A DNA stretch of 64,000 nt from Moniliella sp. 'wahieum'. Lineage: Eukaryota. The notes under the pieces are model-generated. The model saw only the letters and a program-made list of their open reading frames with translations. It did not search any database and was not told where the DNA came from. Of the stretch, positions 1 to 9,307 are shown in pieces. The position numbers were made by a program, and so were the translations under genes. The first letter of the stretch is position 1, and every line of letters starts with the position of its first letter. Where the stretch lies: contig RSEE01000081.1 in the NCBI GenBank assembly GCA_003971905.1, forward strand, positions 1-64,000, read 5' to 3'.

Positions 1-413
1 ATAGCGAGCTACCCGAAGGGGAGAGAGTTATGCCGAGGCGATAGCGAGCTACCGAAGGGGGAGAGAGTTATGCCGAGGCGATAGCGAGCTACCCGAAGGG
101 GAGAGAGTTATGCCGAGGCGATAGCGAGCTACCCGAAGGGGAGAGAGTTATGCCGAGGCGATAGCGAGCTACCCGAAGGGGAGAGAGTTATGCCGAGGCG
201 ATAGCGAGCTACCCGAAGGGGAGAGAGTTATGCCGAGGCGATAGCGAGCTACCCGAAGAGAGGGAGAGAGTTATGCCGAGGCGATAGCGAGCTACCCGAA
301 GGGGAGAGAGTTATGCCGAGGCGATAGCGAGCTACCCGAAGGGGAGAGAGTTATGCCGAGGCGATAGCGAGCTACCCGAAGGGAGAGAGTTATGCCGAGG
401 CGATAGCTCGCTA
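1..413. repeat. 40-bp tandem repeat array, ~10 units, unit ATAGCGAGCTACCCGAAGGGGAGAGAGTTATGCCGAGGCG; runs off the left edge
   Basis: Units read directly at 1, 41, 81, 121, 161, 201, 241 (43 bp), 284, 324 and 364 (39 bp). No spacers; variants are confined to the C/G/GA runs. Confidence 0.97.
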
Positions 414-480
414 CGAAATCGTCCGCTCTATGCAGCATATGCCCTCCGTTTTCCCATCCGACGCCCCGTTCAAAAGTTAC

Positions 481-790
481 ACCCACCCCACCCTAACCCT
501 CACCCCCTCACCCACCCCACCCTAACCCTCACCCCCCTCACCCACCACCATGCCTGACACACCCCCCCGACACACCAAGACCAGGCGTCGCATCACAGTG
601 AGAGTGGTAGGGGTGGATAGCTACAGCCTTGGGCTACTCAAACTAACTCACTCCCGTGGTCTTCCAGTCAAAAGTTGTCTCAACCCTGAATGGGTGGGGT
701 GGGCATGCCCTTGTAAGTGACACCCCCCACACACCACCACCCGTGACACCCCCACACACCACCACCCGTGACACACACCCCCCCCACCCA
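481..790. repeat. C-rich degenerate minisatellites: 29/30-bp duplication containing CCCTAACCC (481-539) and ~25-bp GTGACACCCCCACACACCACCACCC repeats (~718-790)
   Basis: Direct repeats visible in the sequence; the minus strand is G-rich. Confidence 0.8.
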
Positions 791-1172
791 GTGGGAAGGG
801 GCTCATTCGAAAGCGACGATGCTAGAGGATGCAAAAAAACAATCGCTACCCGCATCGTCAATAAGGTGGGGTCGCTATTCTGGCTTGAGCATCCCAGGCG
901 GTACCAGTTCTATAAGATAAACGACTTGGGCGGCGGCGTATAAATGCAGCGGGGTTACAATGTTCAAATGTGACGTTTTTCGGCCAGCCCTTATTTTTTG
1001 GCGGGGCATGCCATTGTAAGACACACCCCACACCCATCAGGGCTTGTCGGCCCGTCGGCCGGCCCAGAGCTTGTCCAGTTTTCACCAACCGGGCTCGCTA
1101 TAGTTCACCTACCCGTTTTTGAAACAAGGTGGGTGTCTTTTTGGAATTGCAAATCATCAAGTGATTTCAAAC

Positions 1173-2819
1173 TCATAAGTCTAGGGTCAGGGGCGCGGTG
1201 TTGTACTGCGAGTAGGACGGCACACGTAGATTCTCCAGAAGTTCATAAACCCTAAAGCGCGGAGCAGCTCCTTCGGCGTCTTGGGCGTGGGCCAATCCAA
1301 TACTGCCCTGACCCGATCGACCTCCATGGATAGACCTTGTGTGCCAACCCGGTGCCCCAAGAACGAAATGGAATCTTGGAAGAACTTGCACTTGTCAATA
1401 CCAACCACCAGATGGTTGTCGGCTAGACGCTTCAAAACCTCTTTGACCACTCGAACATGCTCATCTCGATCATTGTGCACGATCGCGAGATCATCCAGGT
1501 AGCAGAAGACGTGCGTGTCTATAAAGTCCGATAGTACCGCGTTGATGAGGGTAGTGAAGGTGGAACCCGCTCCTTGCAAGCCGAAAGGCATCACATTGGA
1601 AACGAAAGAACCGAATTTGGTACCCACTGCGGTATACGGAACAGACCTGGGGGCAACTCGTACCAGGTTGTAGGCACTCTTGAGATCCAACTGGGTGTAG
1701 TACTTCCACCCCGACAGGCGCTGGAGCGTTTCGTCGATGAGAGGAAGAGGCACTTTTCTTGACAGACCTAGCGTTCACACCACGCAGATCCGTCACGACT
1801 CTGACCTCTCCCGACTTCTTGCGAACGAAAAGCACCGGGGAGCGCCACGCGGATGTGGACCGGCTAATCCACCCTCTGGCCAAATTTGAACGGATCCACT
1901 CGGCGAGCACTGCCGATTCCGTGGTGGACAGAGGATAAATCTTGCCGAAGAAAGGCTTTGCACCCGGTAGGAGCTCGATCTCATGGTCATAACCAGGACG
2001 TAACGGGGGGAGACGATTGAGCCGATTCTCATCAAAGGCATCTAGGCAATCGGCGAATTCTGGGGGCACGAGCTTGGCAATCTCCTCAAGGGGGCGCGGC
2101 TTTGGAGGCTCAGGGAAAACCCCATCCACTGGGTCGTCAACATCCAACTGCCCCGGGCCTGGGTCCTCGACCATACGCAACTCGTTGGGCATCGTACTGA
2201 CGGCGCGCTCCTCCACCGGCGCGTCATCCGCGTCCGTCTCGGTCTCCGCTTGAGCAACTTGAATCTCTCCGGGCGTAGCCACCACCTCGCCCTGATCGTC
2301 AACCCACACTTGGCCAACTAGGAGATCATCATCTTGTTGGAGCTCGTGATTGAACTTGGAAGCCGAGACTAAACGTATGTCCATGATACCACAACACTTG
2401 ATCGAAGGGCCATCGCCCTGGAAGCTAAGCTCGGCTGAACCGTCACGAGCAAAGGAGAGCGACACATCGTTGGCGTAAAGGAAGTCGGTACCCAAGACCG
2501 CTGGATAGCGCAGAATCGACGTAACGAGGAACTCGTGGCTGAATGTTCGGCCGCCCAGGTTGAAAGACAGAAGGCAAGAGTGAGTAACCTGGCCTGAGCA
2601 GCTTCTTCTTCCGTCCAGTAGCCGCACCTGGAGAGGGGCGGAGAGTGGATTCATGACGTACCCGTATTTGCGCACCTCCGCGCGGTCAATAAACGATCTC
2701 TCGGCCCCCGTGTCCACTAGGCTTAACGTGGTTTGCGTGCCCAACTCCGTCTGGAAACATGTAGGTGCGGTCGCTAGGCGACCATCTTGACGGAGAAGGT
2801 GGACGTGGCACACATCCAC
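1173..2819 (-). CDS. pol: Gypsy pol fragment: aspartic protease plus reverse transcriptase, frameshifted, ending in the RT thumb (…LGFMNFWRIYVPSYSQ..APLT)
   Basis: ORFs 1491..2819, 1187..1753 and 1173..1391 join into a PR-RT; YLDD at ~1491-1502. Confidence 0.92.
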
Positions 2820-3912
2820 GGCGGGGCCCGGGCCCCTAGTTGCGCGCCTGCACCGGCGCGCTCGACGACGAGCCGCTCTTGGCCCGTCTGGCTCGACCCC
2901 CCTTGGTTCGAGCTGCTCTGACTTGAATTCCCTTGGGACCGAAACCGACGACCACGCCGCCCTGAGCGCTGGTCATTACGGCCCAACGGGCACTCGTGAC
3001 GCCAATGACCCGATTCTCCGCAACGCATGCAGAGGTCGTTGTTGCGGCGGCGAGCGTATTCTTCATCGCTGATTCGGGACCGATGCCCCTGGGGACGGAC
3101 CTCCGCTCCGTCTAAATCCATCGGCTCGTAGTCCTGGTTGTTGTTGCTGCTGTTGTTGTTGTTGCGCGAGCGCGACTGGAAATTGTGCCGCCGCGAGTTG
3201 CTGGAACGGTCGCTGCCGGGGAGAAGATCCTTCGACAGCTCGGTGCGGGTAGCCCACTCGATTAAATCATCCAGCTCTTGGAAATGCATCGACGCGTTGA
3301 CGTAGAAGTAGGCCCGACGTAGTTCCGGAGACATGCCTTGTTTGAAAAGACTGATCGCCGTCGCGGGTTGGCCGCGATACGCCTCAATCTCGCTGAGAAT
3401 GTCTTGGAACCGATCCGCGTACTGGCCGACTGTCATGTTCCCTGCTTGAGCGCGAACAGTCGCTGCATGGCATGCTCCTCTGCCTGCATATCTCCGAAGC
3501 GACGGAGGAAAACCGTACGGAAGGCGGACCAGCTGTAGAGATGGTGGTAACGGGCGGCTTCGTCAGGGCCAACGCCAGCTTCCTCATGGCCATGGATGCG
3601 ATTGAATTCGCTGGTTTGGTGACGGGTCCACGTCGAGGTTGAGTCTGGCATGCGCAGCAACGCCAGGTGAATAAGGGTGGTGTCGTCTCGAACACCGGCT
3701 TGATTGGCCACACTTTGGATCCGGTCCAGGAAAAGGCACGCGGCTGCATGGTCGTTCACATTGTTGCCTGTGTGGGCGAAAAGAGGAAAATCGCTCAGGC
3801 GGAAGGTACGATTGCTGGGACCGGCGTTCCACGTCGGTGCTGGGGCGGGCTGATTGCCCGGCGCGTGCTGGCTCTGATAAAGGCCTGAAATGGGTTCGCT
3901 TGGCTGACTCAT
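2774..3912 (-). CDS. gag: Gypsy gag (capsid plus CCHC zinc knuckle), one frameshift near 3435
   Basis: ORFs 3433..4143 (from MSQPSEP at 3912) and 2774..3436; the conserved LKQG/MTVGQY motif straddles the frameshift. Confidence 0.88.
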
Positions 3913-4101
3913 GAGACTCAGGAACTTGAGGACCAAACGGGGAAAGGGGAAGGTGCGATAGAAACACCCTGGGACGAAGAGACTGGGGGGAAACGCTTGG
4001 GGGGGGAAAAGCGGTGGACTGCAAAAGACACGACCAGCGTGGGAGTCAGCGGGGCCAGCCCAATAACGAAGAACCCTGAGGACCTGCCGAGGGAACCCCG
4101 G

Positions 4102-4111
4102 ACCCTCCATT
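4102..4111 (-). promoter_or_regulatory. Primer-binding site of the self-priming (Tf1-type) kind
   Basis: Minus-strand AATGGAGGGT lies 1 nt after the LTR end and is exactly complementary to minus-strand ACCCTCCATT inside the LTR (plus 4542-4551). Confidence 0.75.
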
Positions 4112-4112
4112 A

Positions 4113-4935
4113 TGTCACGGGCGGGCCCCGCCAGGGGGCTCACCCAGGTTCTTGGGGTACAATCCCTTAGGAGACGGAAGGTCGACTCACGGTAGTTCGG
4201 GCTTGGGCTGGTTGGTGTGTCCGAGCGGAGCTAGGGACAAGGAGAGGCCTTTGGTGGGGCGGCTGCACGTGTGGCAAGGCTGCGTCTACACCGGGGGCCG
4301 TAGTAACGTGTCTGAAGCCTCCGGGACTTAGGGACGGGAGGAGGCAGAGGCGGACAAACACTGCCTTAACTGAGACGGGGAGAATCGCCGCGACCAAAGG
4401 AGGGCTCGCGCGATTGGACTGACGAGGGGCTGGAGGACGAGGTCGGAGGAGAAGTCGGACGCTAACAAGAGGAGCTGCCTGTACTGGATAAATTGGCTGG
4501 AAACGGGCAGGGGTCGGACAGGATAGGCGGGAAAGGGACGAAATGGAGGGTGGAGGAAAAGATCCCCACCAACCGGGGTACAGGCTTAATCGAGAAAAAG
4601 GGAAACAGACACAAAAGGGGGTGTAGAAAGAAAGGCACGTCAAAAGAGGGGTTGATCGCCGCAGGCGCGATCGAGAAAGGAAAATAAGTGGTGACGGGGC
4701 GACTGACGTCGCAAAGATACTGAATACTTGGTGGTCTCGTTTCGACCACCGACTTGGACTTGGGCGGGAGGCGACTACCGTCGCGCGCGCGCATGGCAAC
4801 TTGTGCCACCGCACAGGGTACAACCAACCATCGACAGACTTGGTTGGGCTTGGGGGCGCGCTCCACTGGGCTGGTGCAGAGCAGGCGGGCCTTAGCTTGG
4901 ATCAGACCATCTTGGATCCGACGCGGCCCGTAACA
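4113..4935 (-). repeat. 5' LTR of the gypsy element (823 bp)
   Basis: TG...CA ends with inverted termini TGTCACGGGC / GCCCGTAACA; directly upstream of the PBS and gag. Confidence 0.88.
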
Positions 4936-5863
4936 CAGATGGGCAACAAAGAACGTAATAGGTATGTCTCACAAAACAAGTCCCGCGGGGTTAGGTCATG
5001 GTAAGCTCAGTTCGAGCGTCCAGATTCTGCGCGCCCAGACTCTTACCCTCCGGCCTTCGCCGGACCTCCAAGTCAATTTCTGACGTGGCCATACCCGCTA
5101 CGGGAGATGCTTCGGACCCGGGTACATCGACGGAGCCATTGCGCGCACCAGGACCGATGTTGTCTCCCTTGTGCTCATCCTGTGTCGCATGGAGGTACGC
5201 CTGCTGTAGCGCTTGGTCCTCTGGTGTGCCTGCTTCTGGGGGAGCATCCTTCTCTTCGCCAGAAGACACAGGCACAATCACATCTACCCCGTCCCACCAG
5301 CATTTTCATGCAGGCTTGCGCCAAAACAAGAGGAGCTTCTCGGCTGTGGCCAATTGGGCCTGATCGATCCGGTAGCCATCAGGGCCGGGGATGTACTGCT
5401 CTTCTTCTTGTGCATGGGGCTGAGACTGTCGTGCGTCAATCGCTGCCATCGCATCTGTCTCGCCCGCGTGGATCGTACCCGTTTTGAGCAACACGAGAGC
5501 GATGGACATCATGCTGCATCGTTCGGGCTCCAGAGCACGGAATCCCCAGTGGGTCAGAGCGGTCAAAGCCACTGCAACAAGGAGGAAATGGTGCAGGGCA
5601 AGAGACAAGGGTCTTGAAGACCCGCCTGATCCGCACATGCCCCAGTGCCCCCCTTCTTTTCCACCGCAGATGCCGGACACGACCGCATGGATGGATGTCT
5701 CTATGTGAGCCAACCGAAATTCATCGCCGAGACGCTTGCCAAGCAGATGACCCACAATCATAGCTTATCTTTCTCGCCGCCTCCCGCTCCGCCAAATTCT
5801 CCCTTCCCAATGGTCCCGAACACGAACCGTGCTCGGTACACCCCGCGACGCGACTTACAGCTC

Positions 5864-6670
5864 TGGTCATGGGGGGAGTCCCGAAGTAGGACTCACCCCA
5901 GTAGTTTAGGGGTATAGCCCCTTGGACAGGCCAATCGGAGTCTCGTACGTTAGGTGACGGTCCTGCCTCAGATCCGGGTTGAAACGAGCGGGTGTAGAGG
6001 CGTGGCAGAGACCTTTAGTTTGGGTGGCTGCCTTCGTACAAGGGCCGCATCTCAGACCATCCGAGGTAGGAGCCGCGTACGTAGGTCGTCGGACCACAGT
6101 TGAAGGGATCGAGGATCGCGGGGGAAACCGGTAACGCTGTTCCCCCCGCAGCGCCAACAAACTCGACGCGCTGTAGTAGGCGGAATCAGACGGAGTCCTA
6201 CTAAGGAAGAGCAAGCGCTATACTGAGAGTAACCGTGGCTTGCAGCGTTATCGACGCGAGTCTTAAATTGGTAAGGGTGGTGGTGGTAAAAGGTGGAAGG
6301 GCGAGAGGGGAACGGAAAGTCGGCGGAGACCACTGGCGGGATGGTCGACAAGGGCCACAACCAGCAAGCCTTAGACATAGCTACTTGTATACAGAAGGAA
6401 CCATGCTTCAAGTACCTCAAGACAGGTATAAACAGAAGGGGGCGGGATCTACAATAGCAAGGGATAAAGCGCGGTCTGTTCTGCCACATAACTGCCATAA
6501 TGTCGTGGGCCGCAGTAGGTGCGCGGTTTTGCCAAGACCGGGCACCGCAGATGCGAAGCTTCGTACTGTAAGTCCGGTTCGCCCTGCGGACAGTATCCGC
6601 GGCATGGATAAGGTTCCTTCTGGCTCTGTCTCGCTAGTCTAACGGGACTGAGACGCGTGTTTGGATGACA
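5864..6670 (-). mobile_element. Probable solo LTR of a related gypsy family (~807 bp)
   Basis: Ends T(G)GTCAT...ATGACA. Similar length and shared blocks with the LTR at 4113-4935 (CTCACCC.AG...GGGGTA.A..CCCTT, TAAATTGG, GACGCG near the end). No clear target-site duplication. Confidence 0.65.
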
Positions 6671-7055
6671 TGTCTACGACGTGCGCAGCTCAGCGTCCGG
6701 AAAAGATACCCGGAGCACCCCGTACCATCGTCCAGAAGGCTGGGAGATGGGATCCCCTGCGTCTCAGCACTGCCGTCCCCCAGTATTTGAGGACATGCAT
6801 CGTTCACGCCGTGCGTCGGTGCCCCAGTTGTCGGCGCCCCAGTTCATCAAATTGATGATGACGTTGACGACACCACCCAAGCGGCATGTCTTCCCTACTA
6901 ACCCCCACCCCGACCCACCATCGCCCGGACCTCTCTCACTAATCTCTTCCTCCCCCCGCCCCATACCCGACTGCTATCCCCTTCACCTCCCTCCCTCACT
7001 CGGAGTCACCAGCACACATTCCATTCGTTCGGTATTCATCTCCATCTTGATGTCT

Positions 7056-8887
7056 TTATGCGCCCAACTGGAGTGCCTGCCACTCCGCCACCGAGCCTTT
7101 GCGCACATCCGGCGCACCTGGCAGCACGGGATCCACCTGTTGGTCACCGGTTTGCCCCATCCACCTCCTCCAGGGGTCAATACAGCAATCCGATCCCCGC
7201 GCCCCATGCGGGTAGGTAGTGCCTTGGGGCCCAAATTGATTATGCGCGCCGGCTGACCGAGGATGTGGTGCTTCCTTTCTTCTTCCGGCTGGGCGGCCAC
7301 TTGCTCGGCAGAGAGAAGGTCGCCATCCTCGCTGCGCCGCTGCTTGATCCACAAGTTAAGACCGACCTCACCTGGCTCGCCGCCTTCCATCCCGTACGGT
7401 CGATGCACCCTGCGCTCCGACAGAATCGACACCTGCATGCCCGGTTGGAGGAACTCAATCTCCCGCACCGTTCCATCGCCACCGTGGTAGGCCCCGGCTC
7501 CACCCGAGTGCGGCCGCAGAGCAAATTGCGTACCAGCACAGGAAACCTGCGCTCCATGACTTCAGCATCCGTAATCCGTGTGTTGGTCATGTGCACCTGC
7601 ACGCCCGACGTGCCGTTCCACCCAGGCCCGGCCCCGGAACCCCCGGCAATCGTTTCGTAGTTACTGATGCCTTGGCCGTTTGCGTCAACCGGCGTACCCA
7701 GGTCAGATTGTTGCAGCACCCCTGTGACGCGGCCGCAGCGTGGAAGGCGTGCAGGACGACATCGGTGATTCGCTGCGAGGTCAGGACGTTGCCGCCTACC
7801 ACAGCGGCTGTGTCGCTGGGGTCCAACAGGCATCCGGGTGGTATGACAACGTCGATAGGCACGAGGCAGCCTTGGTTCAGGGGCATGTCGATGTTGACCA
7901 TCGCCCTGAGGCAATAGATGATCGCACTGTACACTACACTCCGGGGGCAATTGAAATTGGCCAACACTTGTGGGCCGGTACCGGTAAAGTCAAAGGTCGC
8001 CTTCCCCTCCCGCGGGTCAATGTCAATCGCCAGTTGGATCGGTGTACCATCGTCCATCCAGTCGATCGCCTGGAGGCGTGTGCCCTGCTCCGATGCCACT
8101 TGTCGGAGCAGGTTGCGAACTGCAAGTTCGGCGTTAGACCGGATGTGGACCATATACTTCCCCATTGCCCGTTCGTCAGTTTCCACTCCGGATCAGAACA
8201 GAGGAGAGAGAGAGGGTATAATACGAACCTCTTGTACAACGGGCAAGGTCCACTTTGATGAGCGCCTGCAGCAACTTGATCCCTTTGTTGTTGGCGGCAA
8301 TTTGGGCTTGCAGGTCCGACTCAACGTCGCGAAACGCGCGCGAGCCTGCACAACCCGCGTACTGAGCAGGCTGGGTGACAAGGTAGTCATACAGCCCCTT
8401 GTGGTCATACACGCCCCTCCGGACCAACTTGAAACTGATGATCTGTGCCCTTCTTCCCACAGCGAAGTCGAAAGTGGGTGGCATGGAGCCCGGGAGGATG
8501 CCGCCAATGTCGACGTGGTGTCCGCGCGAAGCGCGGTATAGAAGATGATTTGGCCCTTGTCAAACACGGGGGAGATGACGGTCATGTCGGGCAGATGGCT
8601 GCCGCCTGCCTTGGGATGATTCGCCAGTAGCACATCCCCTCCTCGATGTTGCTCCCCAGCAGGCCAATCTGGTAGCGCACGGCAAACGACATGCTGCCCA
8701 GGTGGACGGGGAGGTGGGGGGCGTTGGCAACGAGCGCGCCGGTGGCATCAAAGATGGCCACCGAGTAGTCCAGCCGTTCTTTGATGTTGGCGCTGATGGC
8801 GGTCTTCTGCAGGGTCAGCCCGGCGGTCTCGGCGATGCCCTGGAAGCGGTGGCCAAAGAGCGAGAGGAGCACGGGGTCGGCCGGCAT
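7056..8887 (-). CDS. 5-oxoprolinase, hydantoinase B (C-terminal) half as a standalone gene; intron ~8157-8228
   Basis: Begins [15 protein letters not shown]...NIKERLDYS...[12 protein letters not shown], contains [41 protein letters not shown], and ends [15 protein letters not shown], like the eukaryotic OPLAH/OXP1 C-terminus. Confidence 0.93.
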
Positions 8888-9307
8888 TGGTGGGAGAGTG
8901 CAGTGGGTGGTGGTGGTCGGGGTCGTGGTGGCAGTGGCGGTGGCGGGGGCGGATAGCGGACACGCAGACAAACACTCAATCGAGCGTCAGGCGCGTCAGG
9001 GCGGACCAGCGCGGACGGTGCCAGTGGCGGTGGGGAAGCGTGCCGGTTGAGCGCTTATCGATGACAAACTGAGAAGAAAACACGCTATCTCCGGCGCTGT
9101 GCACGGACCACAGGGCGCCCTGTCAGCGCTGCGTGCTCCGAGCCAGTATCGCACCTCCGCCCGCCCAACCCTATCACGTCTATCACGCCTCACGACAGAC
9201 ATCGCGAGTCGGGCAACCCACCTTGCTTCCCTCGCACGCCACCCGCTGCGCTCCCTGGGCTCCTGGACCATCCGCACGCCCCTCCTCTGCTCTTGCCCCC
9301 ACCTGCC

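Larger units (their letters stand above)
1173..4935 (-). mobile_element. Ty3/gypsy LTR retrotransposon (Tf1/sushi/chromovirus-like), 3'-truncated: 5' LTR-PBS-gag-PR-RT, no RNase H, integrase or 3' LTR in the window
   Basis: Retrotrans_gag motif (WSAFRTVFLRRF...LKQG.MTVGQYADRF), CCHC knuckle CMRCGESGHWRHEC, protease LVDTGAERSFI, RT motifs LDLKSAYN, MPFGL, YLDD, KCKF, FLGH; LTR with inverted termini. Confidence 0.95.

Noticed and set aside
1..413. CRISPR array
   Set aside because: Units are contiguous with no unique spacers, there are no cas genes, and the context is eukaryotic.
481..539. True telomere (CCCTAA)n tract
   Set aside because: Only two isolated CCCTAACCC motifs inside a 29-bp duplication, not a tandem telomeric array.
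2774..2819. Programmed gag-pol ribosomal frameshift
   Set aside because: No clear slippery heptamer, and the background indel rate makes the frame change uninformative.
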